This document shows positions 38,751-51,402 of a stretch of DNA of 64,000 nt, one piece after another. The stretch covers positions 325,965 through 389,964 of the forward strand of contig CAWGVH010000006.1 of NCBI GenBank assembly GCA_963825995.1. Direction: 5' to 3'. Both the position numbers and the translations under genes were made by a program. Positions within the stretch are counted from its first letter, which is position 1; each line of letters starts with the position of its first letter. The stretch is from an uncultured Chloroflexia bacterium. Its GTDB lineage: Bacteria; Chloroflexota; Limnocylindria; Limnocylindrales; CSP1-4. The notes under the pieces are model-generated. The model did no database searches, had not been told where the DNA came from, and saw only the letters and a list, made by a program, of their open reading frames with translations.

Positions 38751-39662
38751 TCACGACCGGTCCTCGTCCGCCAGCTGCCAGTCCCATCCTCCGATGCGCT
38801 CCAGCAGGCGGCGAGCCGTGAGATCCAGCTGGATAGGCGTGATGGCCACACGGCCGGAGTAGACGGCATGGAAGTCGGTGCCCGGCTCGGCTACTCCGGT
38901 GGGCGGCGGCCCACCGAACCAGTAGTAGGGCACTCCGCGCGGGTCGAGGCGCTCCAGGAGCTGGTCCTGGTAGACGCGCTTGCCCATGCGCGTCAGCTCG
39001 ATCCCCGCGACCGCCTCGACGCCGACCGGGGGCACGTTGACGTTGAGTAGCTCGCCCGACCCGAGGCCATGCTCGAGGATGTTGCGGGCCACCAGCGCGG
39101 CCACGTGGCGTGCCAGCTCGAAGTCGGGCTCTCCCTCCAGCACCTGGCTGATGGCGAAGGCCGGGCAGCCCGAGAGGACCGCCTCCATGGCCGCCCCCAC
39201 CGTGCCCGAGTAGGTCACGTCGTCGCCCAGGTTGGCGCCGTAGTTGATGCCCGAGGCGACCAGGTCGAAGCCCACCCCGAAGTAGCCCAGGAAAGCGACA
39301 CCCACCGCGTCTGTCGGCGAGCCGTCCACCGACCAGCCGCCCGAGCCGTCGTCGAGGACCCGTTCGCGCACGCGCAGCGGACGCATGAAGGTCATCGAGT
39401 GGCCCACGGCCGACTGGTTGGTCTCAGGTGCCAGCACGTAGACGTCGCCGATGGGCTCGAGGGCCTGCTTGAGCATGAGCAACCCGCGCGATTCGATGCC
39501 GTCGTCGTTGGTGACGAGGATGCGCGGCCGGGTCTGCCACTCGGCCAGGGGACGTGCTCCGCGCGGTGTCGCACGGGGCGACGACCGGTTGGAGGGCAGG
39601 TAGCGCTCACCGGCCGCCAGGCGGGCCGAATCGACCTTACCGCCGCTCCCCGGGTCGGTCAT
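38751..39662 (-). CDS. surE: 5'/3'-nucleotidase SurE
   Basis: RILVTNDDGIESRGL, GINYGANLGDDVTYSGTV. Start taken at Met at residue 33 of ORF 38751..39758. Confidence 0.8.
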   Translation of the reverse strand: MTDPGSGGKVDSARLAAGERYLPSNRSSPRATPRGARPLAEWQTRPRILVTNDDGIESRGLLMLKQALEPIGDVYVLAPETNQSAVGHSMTFMRPLRVRERVLDDGSGGWSVDGSPTDAVGVAFLGYFGVGFDLVASGINYGANLGDDVTYSGTVGAAMEAVLSGCPAFAISQVLEGEPDFELARHVAALVARNILEHGLGSGELLNVNVPPVGVEAVAGIELTRMGKRVYQDQLLERLDPRGVPYYWFGGPPPTGVAEPGTDFHAVYSGRVAITPIQLDLTARRLLERIGGWDWQLADEDRS

Positions 39663-39754
39663 GCCTCCTGGCGCTGGCCGGGCCGCGCCGCCCACGGCGG
39701 TCCGGGCCGGCGGCGGGTCAGCGGCGTGTTCGGCTCCCCTCTCCGGCTCGTCGC

Positions 39755-41027
39755 TCACCGCGTCTCCGGTTCAGCGACGGAAGGCTCGCTCGTGGCGCTC
39801 GGGCCAGGCAGCACGCCACCGGACGCCGCCGTGGCCGGGGCGGTCGCGAGGGACGCGCCCCCCGGTGCCGTCACCGGGGGGGGCGCTGGCACCCGCACCG
39901 GCCGCCCGTGCCGGGCCTCCAGGCGCCGGGCGGCACGGCTGGTGACGTCCCGCGGTCCGCCCTTGGAGCGGTTCAGGTAGTGGAAGAAGAAGGCCGAGAT
40001 GACGGCCGCCACGGGGATCGCGAAGATGGCGCCGACCACGCCCTGCAGGCGCAGTCCGATGAGGACGGAGACCAGCACCACGATGGGGTGGATGCCCACG
40101 CTGCTGGCCATGACTCGCGGCTGGACGATGTTCATGGTCACGAACCAGCCCACGGCCATGATCACGATGATGGGGATGATGGCGTCGGGCTGGGTGAGGA
40201 TGGCGGCCACCACCGGCGGGGCCCAGGAGATGAAGGGGCCGAAGAAGGGGATCATCTGGAAGATGGCCACGAGGGCAGTCGTGAGGGGCACGAAGTCGAT
40301 GCCCAGGGCGATGCTGCCGGCCGCAGCGACGGCACCGAAGACGAGACCCTGGATGCCCTGGCCCCGGATGAAGCCCCCGAACGAGGAGGCCACGCTCGTC
40401 TGGAAGAGGCGCATCTCCTCGGCGAAGCGCGGCGGCGTGACCTGGTTGACGAAGCCCAGCAGGCGGTCCTTGTCGATGACGATGAAGAGCGACAGGAAGA
40501 CCATGAACATGAGGTTGCCGAGCGTGTTCAGGCTGGCCAGGGCGATCTCTTGGAGGGGACCCAGGAACTGGCCAGACGACTCGGCCACGCCATCGAGGGC
40601 ATCGTTGGCCACGAGCACGAGGTTGACTTGGAGACCCAGTGCGTCGAGCCGGTCCTGCCACTCGCCGAGCGATCTCCGGCATGCGCTCTCGCAGGGTGGG
40701 CAGCTCCTCGGTGAAGCTGACGATGGAATCGGCCAGCTGGCTGGCGATGACCAGGACGACGGCGCTGAGGGCCACGAAGAGCAGGGCATAGACCGTCACC
40801 ACGACCAGCGACCGGGGCGCCGCTGGCAGGATGCGCTTCGTGGCCGTCACGACCGGGGAGAGGACGAAGGCGAACACCCAGGCCATCACGAGGATGAGGA
40901 TGATCTCGCTGAAGTAGAGGACGACGTTGGCCGCCAGGCCGATGAAGACCAGCCCCACAGTGAGGGTGGCGAGGATGAGCAGGGCGCGGATCCAGCGTCC
41001 CTCGGACTCGATGAACCTGCCCATCAT
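39755..41027 (-). pseudogene. AI-2E (PerM/YhhT) family transporter split by an apparent 1-nt frameshift near 40675
   Basis: N-terminal ~115 aa (TM helices) in ORF 39771..41027. Remaining ~330 aa (EWQDRLDALGLQV ... FAIPVAAVISAFF) in ORF 39755..40789, a different frame. A TAGACT element lies about 6 nt upstream of the ATG. Confidence 0.65.
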
Positions 41028-41086
41028 GGCCGCAGTCTACCCTGCGTCCCGGTGCGCGCCAGCCGCTCCCGCGGCCGCGCCGCGCC

Positions 41087-42109
41087 TCAACGCGGGGCCA
41101 GCCCCATGCGCTCATGGCACTCGGCCAGGGTCGCGGCGGCGCGCGGGGCGAGCGTCACTGCCCCGGCCCGCAGGATCTCCTCCACGTACCCTGGCTTGGC
41201 GCGCAGCTCGCGGTAGCGTTCCCGGGCCTCGGCGAAGGTCGACAGGACATGCTCGACGAGCAGCTTCTTGGTGTCCACGCAGCCGGTGCGCGCGCTGCGC
41301 TCGCCCTCCCAGATGGTCTCGTACTCGCCTGGGCTGAAGATGCGGTGCAGCTGGCAGACGTTGCAGACCTCTGGGCGGCCGGGGTCACTGCGCCGCTGCC
41401 GCTGGGTGTCGGTGACCATGCTCATGATCTGCTGCCGGATGACGTCCTCGTGGGCGAAGATCTCGATGACATTGCCGAGCGACTTGGACATCTTGTTGGC
41501 ACCGTCCGTGCCCTTCACGATGGGCGCCTCGGAGAAGACGGCCGCCGGCTCAGGGAAGGTCTCCCCATAGCGCGCGTTGAAGGCACGCACGATCTCTCGG
41601 GCCAGCTCGAGGTGGGCGGCCTGATCCTTGCCCACGGGCACGTAGCTGGCCTTGTAGATGGCGATGTCGGCTGCCTGCAACACCGGATAGGAAAGCAGGG
41701 CGAGGTTGACATCATCAGGCTGGTTGCGCTTCTTTTCCTTGAACGAGGGTGTCCGCTCGACCCATCCGGTGGGCGTGACTGAGGCCAGCAGCCACATGAG
41801 CTCGACGTGCTCGGGCCGGTCTGACTGGCGGAAGAGGACGGCGCGATCGGGGTCGAGCCCCAGCGCCAGCAGGCCGAGAGCCATCTCCTGCGTGTTGCGG
41901 CGGATGAGCTCGGCGTCGTGGGTGCTGGTCAGTGCGTGGTAGTCGACGATGCAGTAGATGGCCTCATAGCCGTCCTGCATGGCGATGTAGTTGCTGAAGG
42001 CGCCCAGGTGGTTGCCGACGTGAGGCAGGCCGGAGGGCTGGACGCCGGAGAAGACGCGGCCTCGTGCGGCGGGCGCAGCGACCGTGGTGGAGGGACGGCT
42101 GTCGGTCAT
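41087..42109 (-). CDS. trpS: tryptophan--tRNA ligase
   Basis: GVQPSGLPHVGNHLGA (HIGH-type) and KMSKS. 340 aa from MTDSRPS. An alternative start lies 11 codons upstream. Confidence 0.85.
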   Translation of the reverse strand: MTDSRPSTTVAAPAARGRVFSGVQPSGLPHVGNHLGAFSNYIAMQDGYEAIYCIVDYHALTSTHDAELIRRNTQEMALGLLALGLDPDRAVLFRQSDRPEHVELMWLLASVTPTGWVERTPSFKEKKRNQPDDVNLALLSYPVLQAADIAIYKASYVPVGKDQAAHLELAREIVRAFNARYGETFPEPAAVFSEAPIVKGTDGANKMSKSLGNVIEIFAHEDVIRQQIMSMVTDTQRQRRSDPGRPEVCNVCQLHRIFSPGEYETIWEGERSARTGCVDTKKLLVEHVLSTFAEARERYRELRAKPGYVEEILRAGAVTLAPRAAATLAECHERMGLAPR

Positions 42110-42241
42110 CGCCAAGAGCCTAGCAGTCCGGCCGGTGGCCATGGCTCGCCACAAGGCCCGGCGCGGGTCATGGGCAGCTGCCGAGCGTGGCGATGGCAGC
42201 CGGAGCCGATCGGCACGGCGGGGCTGCGCTACGATCGGCAG

Positions 42242-43543
42242 ATGGATCCGCATGACGCCGGGGCGCTGACCTCGGATCAAGCCGTGCGCCAGGCCAGGCG
42301 TGTCGGGCTGTTGGGCCTCGGGACGGTCGGTTCGGCCGTGGCCGCCCGGCTGCTCGACCCGGACTGGCGAGCCAACGCCGTCGACCGCGGCCATGTGCCA
42401 CCGGTGCTCGTCGCCGTGGCGGCGCGAGACGCGGCCGGAGAGCGCAAGCTGGAGCTGCCGCCCGAGGTCCGCCTCTCGGACGACGCCGCGTCCGTCGCGA
42501 CGGCGGAGGACGTGGACGTCGTGGTCGAGCTGATGGGTGGCACGGAAGCCCCTGATCACGCCATCCGAGAGGCCTTCGCGGCCGGCAAGTCGGTGGTGAG
42601 CGCCAACAAGGAACTGCTGGCCAAGGCGGGAGCCACCCTTGAGACAGCAGCACGCGAGGCTGGCGTGGGCCTGCGCTTCGAGGCGGCCGTGGCGGGCGGA
42701 GTGCCGCTGCTGGGACCGCTGGTCTGGGATCTCGGCGCCAACCGCGTCACCTCCGTGCGCGGCATCATCAACGGCACCACCAACCACATCCTCTCCACCA
42801 TGGCGGCCGACGGCCGGGAGTACAGCGACGTGCTCCGCGAAGCCCAGGCGCGTGGATTCGCAGAGGCTGATCCGAGCAGTGACGTGGAGGGGCTGGACGC
42901 TGCCTACAAGCTGACCCTCCTGACCCGCCTTGCCTTCGGTGGTTGGCTGGATGTCACGACGCTGCGGCGCAGCATCCCGGTCTTCGGCACCGTCGCCCCG
43001 GCCGGCATCACGGGCGTCACGCGTGCCCACCTCGGAGTGGCTGCCCGCCTCGGGCTGGCCATCAAGCTCATCGCACGGGCCGAGCGTCCCTCAGCCGGGC
43101 CGATCCGCGCCGCCGTGACGCCCATGGCCGTGGCCGGCACCTCGCCGCTGGGCGCCACGCGTGGAGTCACCAACCTGATCGAGATCGCGGCCGACCCGGT
43201 GGGCCGCGTGACGATGGCCGGCCCCGGTGCCGGAGGCCCCGCGACCGCCAGCTCCGTGCTGGCCGATCTGCTCGTGTTCGCCAAGTCCACGGCCTCCACC
43301 TGGGAGCAGCTGCCGCCGGCCCCGGAGGTATCCGTCGAGGATGACTTCGGCGGCGAGCGCGGCTGGATGGTCGTGGTCGACGGGCTGGGCGAGGCTGGCT
43401 TTCCGGATTCGATCCGGGACCTGTCGCTGGCCACCACCGACGAGGGATTCGTGACCCGACCCCTGTCGCTGGCCGCCCTGGAGGGGCGCCTGGCCCTCAT
43501 GGAGCGTGTCAGCCACGCCTACCCCGTGCTCGCGGACGCCTGA
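42242..43543 (+). CDS. hom: homoserine dehydrogenase
   Basis: NAD-binding LLGLGTVGSAV, catalytic NKELLA region, C-terminal ACT domain. Met at residue 109 of ORF 41918..43543. Confidence 0.85.
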   Translation: MDPHDAGALTSDQAVRQARRVGLLGLGTVGSAVAARLLDPDWRANAVDRGHVPPVLVAVAARDAAGERKLELPPEVRLSDDAASVATAEDVDVVVELMGGTEAPDHAIREAFAAGKSVVSANKELLAKAGATLETAAREAGVGLRFEAAVAGGVPLLGPLVWDLGANRVTSVRGIINGTTNHILSTMAADGREYSDVLREAQARGFAEADPSSDVEGLDAAYKLTLLTRLAFGGWLDVTTLRRSIPVFGTVAPAGITGVTRAHLGVAARLGLAIKLIARAERPSAGPIRAAVTPMAVAGTSPLGATRGVTNLIEIAADPVGRVTMAGPGAGGPATASSVLADLLVFAKSTASTWEQLPPAPEVSVEDDFGGERGWMVVVDGLGEAGFPDSIRDLSLATTDEGFVTRPLSLAALEGRLALMERVSHAYPVLADA

Positions 43544-43551
43544 CCTTGCGC

Positions 43552-44661
43552 ATGAGCCAGGTGCTGCAGCAGCTGCAGCGCGAGCAGACCACGAGCCGGC
43601 GCCGCCCGCGTCTCATGGAGCGTTTCGCGGACTTCCTGCCCGTCACGATGACCACCCCTCCGCTCGGGCTCGGCGAGGGCTTCACGCCACTCGTGCATGC
43701 CCGGACGCTCGGTCGCGCCATCGGCGTGCCGCTCCTCTACCTCAAGGTCGAGGGCCAGAGCCCGACCGGCTCGTTCAAGGATCGAGGCATGGTGGTGGCC
43801 GTCGCTAAGGCCATCGAGGAGGGCACGCAGGCCATCATCTGCGCCTCGACCGGCAATACGTCGGCGTCCGCGGCCGCCTACGGCGCGGCGGCCGGCATCG
43901 AGGTCGTGGTCATCCTGCCGCGAGGCAAGATCGCGGCCGGCAAGCTGCTCCAGGCGCAGGCCGCCGGCGCCAGGGTGGTGGCGGTGGACGGCAACTTCGA
44001 CGACGCGCTGCGCGTCGTGCGCGAGCTCACCGAGACGCCCGATCGCGACCGCCGTGTGACGCTCGTCAACTCCGTCAACCCCTACCGCATCGAGGGCCAG
44101 AAGACGGCCGCCTTCGAGGTCTGCGAGGACCTCGGCGGAGCGCCCGACTACCTGGCCATCCCGGTCGGAAACGCCGGCAACATCACCGCCTACTGGCGCG
44201 GCTTCAGCGAGTATCGCCGCGTCGGGCTCGTGGAGACGACACCGCGCATGCTGGGCTTCCAGGCCGAGGGTGCCGCGCCCCTGGTGCTGGGCCATGACGT
44301 GGACGATCCACAGACCGTGGCCACGGCCATCCGCATCGGGCGGCCGGCGAGCGGCGCCCTGGCCCTCCAGGCGCGTGACGAATCGGGTGGGCTCATCGAC
44401 AGCGTCAGCGACGGGGAGATCCTGGCGGCCTATCGCGACCTGGCGCGCCACGAGGGCATCTTCTGCGAGCCGGCCAGTGCCGCGTCCGTGGCCGGAGTGC
44501 GCAAGGCTGCCGCGGCCGGCCGCATCGACCCCGGCGCGACCATCGTGGCCGTGCTCACTGGTGTCGGCCTGAAGGACCCGGACACGGGCGCCACGCTGGC
44601 CACGCCGCCGCTGGATGCCGAGCCCACGGTGGTGGGCGTGCGCTCCGTGCTGGGCTGGTGA
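43552..44661 (+). CDS. thrC: threonine synthase
   Basis: PLP-lysine motif PTGSFKDRGM. 370 aa. Confidence 0.85.
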   Translation: MSQVLQQLQREQTTSRRRPRLMERFADFLPVTMTTPPLGLGEGFTPLVHARTLGRAIGVPLLYLKVEGQSPTGSFKDRGMVVAVAKAIEEGTQAIICASTGNTSASAAAYGAAAGIEVVVILPRGKIAAGKLLQAQAAGARVVAVDGNFDDALRVVRELTETPDRDRRVTLVNSVNPYRIEGQKTAAFEVCEDLGGAPDYLAIPVGNAGNITAYWRGFSEYRRVGLVETTPRMLGFQAEGAAPLVLGHDVDDPQTVATAIRIGRPASGALALQARDESGGLIDSVSDGEILAAYRDLARHEGIFCEPASAASVAGVRKAAAAGRIDPGATIVAVLTGVGLKDPDTGATLATPPLDAEPTVVGVRSVLGW

Positions 44662-45659
44662 GCCAGCTGCCGACGGCGGCCGGACTCGTGGGGCGCTGGG
44701 TGCGCGTCGACGTGCCTGCCACGTCGGCCAACCTCGGGGCCGGTTTCGACGCCCTGGCCCTCGCCCTCGACCTCGTGAGCGTCATCGAGGTGCAGGCCCT
44801 GGCGCCGGGCCTTGACGAGGACGTGCTGGTGCAGGTGGTGGGCGAAGGTGCCGGCCTGCTGCCCACGGGACGCCGCAACCGGTTCGTGCTGTCCCTGCTG
44901 GAGGGGCTGGCTGACGCCGGCGTGGACGCCGACGAGCTGGGCTGGCGGGTGCGCATGGACAATCGCATCCCCGTCTCCCGGGGCCTGGGCTCATCTGCCT
45001 CGGCGACGGTGGCTGCCCTGGTGGCCGCCGACGCGTTCCTCGACGGAGCCCTGGGCCAGCAGCGCATCCTCGAGCTGGCCGTCCGCCAGGAGGGTCATGC
45101 CGACAACGCCGCCGCCGCGCTCTACGGCGGCCTCTGCGTCGCCATGGTGGCGAACGGCCACCCACAGGCCATCCGCCTCGACCCGCCACCGGGGTTGCTG
45201 GCCTCCCTCTACGTGCCCGACCGTCACCTGTCCACCGCGGCCATGCGGGCAGCGTTGCCCGAGGAGGTGCCCTTCGCCGATGCCGTCCACAACGTGGGCG
45301 CCGCGGCGATGGCGGTGGCCGCTCTGGGCCAGGGGCGCCTGGACCTCCTCTCGGCGGCCACGGTGGATCGTCTCCATGAGCCCTACCGGGCTGCGGCCTA
45401 CCCGGAGCTCCCAGAGCTTCTGGCGGCCGCGCGCGCTGCGGGTGCCCTGGGTGCCTGTCTCTCGGGTGCGGGCTCCACGATCATCGCCTTCAGCCAGGAT
45501 CCAGCTGCGGCGGCCACCATCGCCGCGGCCATGGAACGTCGGGCCCTGGCCCTGGGCCTGACCGGTCAGGCCCTCGTGCAGGCGGTGCGGGCTGAGGGTG
45601 CCACCGTCGTGGCCTCGTCGACGGCGAGCCACGGTCGCGCCGGGCGCGCTCTCGCGTAG
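44658..45659 (+). CDS. thrB: homoserine kinase
   Basis: GHMP kinase motif PVSRGLGSSASATVA. GTGA overlap with thrC. Confidence 0.8.
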   Translation: MSQLPTAAGLVGRWVRVDVPATSANLGAGFDALALALDLVSVIEVQALAPGLDEDVLVQVVGEGAGLLPTGRRNRFVLSLLEGLADAGVDADELGWRVRMDNRIPVSRGLGSSASATVAALVAADAFLDGALGQQRILELAVRQEGHADNAAAALYGGLCVAMVANGHPQAIRLDPPPGLLASLYVPDRHLSTAAMRAALPEEVPFADAVHNVGAAAMAVAALGQGRLDLLSAATVDRLHEPYRAAAYPELPELLAAARAAGALGACLSGAGSTIIAFSQDPAAAATIAAAMERRALALGLTGQALVQAVRAEGATVVASSTASHGRAGRALA

Positions 45660-45669
45660 ACTCACGGGC

Positions 45670-46917
45670 ATGTCCCGGCTCATCGTCCAGAAGTACGGCG
45701 GCTCCTCGCTCGCTGATGCCGAGCGCATCCGCCACGTGGCCGGGCGCATCGCACGTGACCGCCGCGCCGGCGCCGATCTCGTAGTGGTCGTCAGCGCCAT
45801 GGGCGACACGACCGACCATCTCCTTGAGTTGGCGGCCGCCATCACGGACGACCCCGACCCGCGCGAGATGGACCTCCTGCTGTCCACCGGTGAGCACATC
45901 AGCGGCACCCTGGTGGCCATGGCGCTCCATGCCGAGGGCGTCGAGGCCATCTCGCTGACCGGTCCCCAGGCCGGCATCCGCACGGACACCAGCCACGGTC
46001 GGGCCCGCATCGCCACCATCGAGCCGGCACGCCTGCGGGCCGAGATCGAGCGTGGCCGAGTCGTCATCGTGGCGGGCTTCCAGGGTTCCACGGACAGTAC
46101 CTTCGCCACCGGCGAGGTGACGACGCTGGGGCGGGGTGGCTCGGACACGACAGCGGTGGCGCTGGCCGCCCGCCTCAGGGCTGATGCCTGCGAGATCTAC
46201 ACCGACGTCGAGGGCATCTTCACCGCCGACCCGCGCGTCGTCAAGGATGCCCAGCTCATCCCCGTCATCGGCTACGAGGAGATGCTCGAGCTGGCCCACC
46301 AGGGCGCCCAGGTCATGCAGACGCGCGCCGTGGAGCTGGGCTGGGTGAACGAAGTCATCATCCGGGTGCGCTCCACGTTCAGCGACCACCCCGGCACCAG
46401 CATCCAGGAGGTATCCGCAGTGGAGCTGCGCGACAAGGTCCGCGCCATGGCGCTGGATCGCAAGGTGGCCAAGGTCACCCTCATCGGCGTCCCGGATCGG
46501 CCCGGCATCGCGCGGGCGATCTTCGGGCCCATGGCGGACCAGGGCCTCAACGTGGACATGATCGTCCAGAACGTCGGCCACGATGGCAGCACGGACCTCT
46601 CGTTCACGGTGGACCGCACCCACCTGGCACGCGCCGAGCGCCTTCTCGAGCTGCTCTCGAAGGACCTCGGCTTTGCCGCCATCGCCACGGACGCAGCCGT
46701 GGCCAAGATCTCCATCGTCGGAGAGGGAATCCACAACTCACCGGGCTACGCGGCCCAGATGTTCGGGGCACTCGCCGACGAGGGCATCAACATCAGCATG
46801 ATCTCGACCTCGGAGATCCGCATCACCTGCATCATCGCTGAGGACGAGCTGGACGCGGCCGCCCGCGCTGTGCACCGCACCTTCCGACTGCAGGAGCCCG
46901 AGACGCCGGACGCCTGA
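45670..46917 (+). CDS. lysC: aspartate kinase
   Basis: [11 protein letters not shown]; two C-terminal ACT domains. A TAGACT element lies about 7 nt upstream of the ATG, suggesting a leaderless transcript. Confidence 0.85.
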   Translation: MSRLIVQKYGGSSLADAERIRHVAGRIARDRRAGADLVVVVSAMGDTTDHLLELAAAITDDPDPREMDLLLSTGEHISGTLVAMALHAEGVEAISLTGPQAGIRTDTSHGRARIATIEPARLRAEIERGRVVIVAGFQGSTDSTFATGEVTTLGRGGSDTTAVALAARLRADACEIYTDVEGIFTADPRVVKDAQLIPVIGYEEMLELAHQGAQVMQTRAVELGWVNEVIIRVRSTFSDHPGTSIQEVSAVELRDKVRAMALDRKVAKVTLIGVPDRPGIARAIFGPMADQGLNVDMIVQNVGHDGSTDLSFTVDRTHLARAERLLELLSKDLGFAAIATDAAVAKISIVGEGIHNSPGYAAQMFGALADEGINISMISTSEIRITCIIAEDELDAAARAVHRTFRLQEPETPDA

Positions 46918-46927
46918 GCAGCCGCGC

Positions 46928-47752
46928 ATGGCCGGCTGGCGCGCTGACGGCGCGCACATACCAGCCATCGCCCGCCTGGAGCGATTCACCAGGGTCGCCT
47001 CCACGCAGGACGTCGTGCGCGCCTGGCTGGCCGAAGGCCAGGCGGAGATCTGCCTTGCCGTCGCCGACCAGCAGACGGCAGGGCGGGGCCGCCTGGGGCG
47101 CCGCTGGCTGGCGCCGTCGGGACGCGCGCTGCTGGTCTCGGCCGGCTTCCGGCCCCTTGACCTGCCGCTGGCGCAGGCCTGGCGGCTGCCGGCCGTGACC
47201 GCCATGGCCGTGTTGGACGCGGCCACGGCCCTGCTTCCGCCCGGAGCCGAGCGCCTGGCCCTCAAGTGGCCCAATGACATCGTGACCGTTCGGGAGGGGC
47301 GCCTGCGCAAGGTCGGGGGCGTGCTGGCCGAAACCGAGGCGGACGGCGAGCGCCTGATCAGCGTCGTCGTGGGTCTGGGCCTCAACGTGGACTGGCCGGC
47401 GACGGACTTCCCGCCCCATCTGGCGACCACGATGGGGAGCCTTCGCGAGGCCGGGGCTGGCGCCATCGATCGCGAGATCGTGCTGACGACCTGGCTGGCG
47501 CACCTGGCGCCGCTCTACGGGCAGCTCCGGGCCGGCCGCTTCGATGGCCAGCGATGGGCGGATGCGCAGGTGACCACCGCTGCCGACGTCACCGTCGAGA
47601 CGGGCGGCAGCCAGCTGCAGGGCAGGGCGGTCGGCGTCGACATCGAGAGCGGGGCATTGCTGGTGCTCGAGACGGCGAGCGGGGAGGTCCGCAGCGTGGG
47701 GGTCGGTGAGGTGGTGGCCTGCATCGTCGGCGGATCTGCCCGGCCCCTGTAA
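46928..47752 (+). CDS. birA: biotin--[acetyl-CoA-carboxylase] ligase (BPL catalytic domain)
   Basis: GRGRLGRRW signature; KWPNDI. Confidence 0.7.
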   Translation: MAGWRADGAHIPAIARLERFTRVASTQDVVRAWLAEGQAEICLAVADQQTAGRGRLGRRWLAPSGRALLVSAGFRPLDLPLAQAWRLPAVTAMAVLDAATALLPPGAERLALKWPNDIVTVREGRLRKVGGVLAETEADGERLISVVVGLGLNVDWPATDFPPHLATTMGSLREAGAGAIDREIVLTTWLAHLAPLYGQLRAGRFDGQRWADAQVTTAADVTVETGGSQLQGRAVGVDIESGALLVLETASGEVRSVGVGEVVACIVGGSARPL

Positions 47753-47768
47753 CGGCTAGACTGCCTCG

Positions 47769-48362
47769 GTGTTCTGGAAGGGGAGTGGGCGTGCTGAGGC
47801 TGCCACGGTCGTCGTCCCGTTCGACGTGGATCGGACGGCCGTCGAGGCCGCTCGGCACGACCCCGCCGCCTTCGAACCGCTGTACCGGAGATACGTGGCC
47901 CACATCTACTCACTCGCGTTCTACGAGATCCGTGACCCGCACCTCGCCGAGGACATCACCGAGCAGGTATTCCTCCGGGCGCTCGATGCGCTGCCCCGCT
48001 TCCGGGAGCAGGCTGAGGGCGAGGGAAGCACCTTCAAGGTCTGGCTCTACACGATCGCCAGGCATGTCGTGGCCAACGAGCGCCGCACGCGCCGCCGCCG
48101 CCCCGTGGAGGTCATCGACGCGGCCCTGGAGGTCCGCGCAGCGGACGACCCGGCTGCTACGGTCGTCGCGCGCCTGGAGGCCGAGCGGGCCTGGCAGGCC
48201 GTGATGGCGCTGCCCGACGAGCGTCGTCTGGCCCTTCAGCTGCGCATCGTCCACGAGCTCAGCGCTCGCGAGATCGGCCAGCTCATGGGCAAATCGGAGG
48301 GCGCCGTCCGCGTGCTCATCCACCGCGCCCTCGAATCGGTGCGCCGTCAGCTGGCCTCGTGA
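47769..48362 (+). CDS. ECF-type RNA polymerase sigma factor
   Basis: Region 2 (FEPLYRRYVAHIYSLAF) and region 4 (LSAREIGQLMGKSEGAVRVLIHRA). A TAGACT element lies about 6 nt upstream of the GTG. Confidence 0.8.
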   Translation: MFWKGSGRAEAATVVVPFDVDRTAVEAARHDPAAFEPLYRRYVAHIYSLAFYEIRDPHLAEDITEQVFLRALDALPRFREQAEGEGSTFKVWLYTIARHVVANERRTRRRRPVEVIDAALEVRAADDPAATVVARLEAERAWQAVMALPDERRLALQLRIVHELSAREIGQLMGKSEGAVRVLIHRALESVRRQLAS

Positions 48363-48792
48363 ACAGTCGGGGCGGAGCGGCCGCCGACCTCGACCTGGCC
48401 ATCGACGACCTGCTCACAGACCGCGATCGGCCCCTGCCCATGGAGACGGCGGACCTGCTGGCCACGGCACGGCTGCTGCACGATGCGCTGCCTCGCTACC
48501 ATCCCCGCTTCCGCTTCGAGGAGCACCTGGCGCAGCGTCTCACCGCCGCCCGTCGCCCGAGCCCCGATCCGCTCGCGCTCTCGAGGCGCCGGGCCCAGGC
48601 GGAGGATCCGGCGATACCCGTCATCCGGCTGCCGTACGGGGCGGCCTCCCAGACGGCCGCATCTTCGCCCCGCCGCCGCCGTGGCCTGCTGGCCGGTGGT
48701 GCCATCGCCTCAGGGGTCTCCCTGGCCATCCCCATCGCTGGAGCCGCGCTGCTGGCGTGGCGTCGTGGCCGAGCCGCCGGGGGAAGCCTCTA

Positions 48793-48793
<1 letters not shown>
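48359..48793 (+). CDS. putative membrane-anchored anti-sigma factor (no ZAS motif)
   Basis: GTGA overlap with the sigma gene. Single C-terminal TM helix GLLAGGAIASGVSLAIPIAGAALLAW. Confidence 0.45.
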
Positions 48794-50832
<2,039 letters not shown>

Positions 50833-50836
<4 letters not shown>

Positions 50837-51402
50837 CGGACGATGCGGCTCGGGGTGCTCCCGGCAACGTGGCGGTGGACCTGGCCATCGACCTCGACGC
50901 CCTGGTCGACGAGATCCTGCCGGCACTCGTCGCGCGGCTGCGGGCCAGCCGGCTGGCTGAGGTCGAGGTCCGTGACAGCGGCTGGCGGGTGCGGCTGCGC
51001 CGCGAGCTGCGGACAGCCCGGCGCCCGTCACGCGGCCACGCTGGCGACACGCTTGGACCGCAGAGTGACGACCAGGGAGCGAGCCAGACCCGGTCCCCGG
51101 CCGTGGGTTACTTCAGCCCGGCTCCCGCCCTCGTCGTGGGACACGCCGTGACCGCCGGGGACACCCTGGGCAGCGTCGACGTGCTGGGCATCGCACAGGA
51201 GGTCACGGCCCCCATCGGGGGCATCGTCAGCGCCGTCCTGGCCGAGATCGGCCAGGCCGTGGAGTACGGGCAGGTGCTCGTCGAGATCGACCCACTGGGC
51301 AGTGAAGCCGGCAACGACGATGACGTGGCGGCCGTCGATGGAGCCTCGGAAGAGCCGGTGCCTGGTGCCGCGGCCGCTTCGACGCCGGAGGCGGCGCGAT
51401 GA
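50833..51402 (+). CDS. BCCP-like biotinyl-domain protein lacking the biotinylation lysine (BADC-like)
   Basis: Aligns with the genuine accB (55296..55757) along its length, but the EAMKL motif is replaced by LGIAQE (Lys to Gln). GTGA and ATGA overlaps with the flanking genes. Confidence 0.65.

Noticed and set aside
42110-42241. T-box leader upstream of trpS
   Set aside because: The divergent trpS/hom intergenic region is only about 130 bp, too short for a T-box. No specifier or T-box sequence seen.
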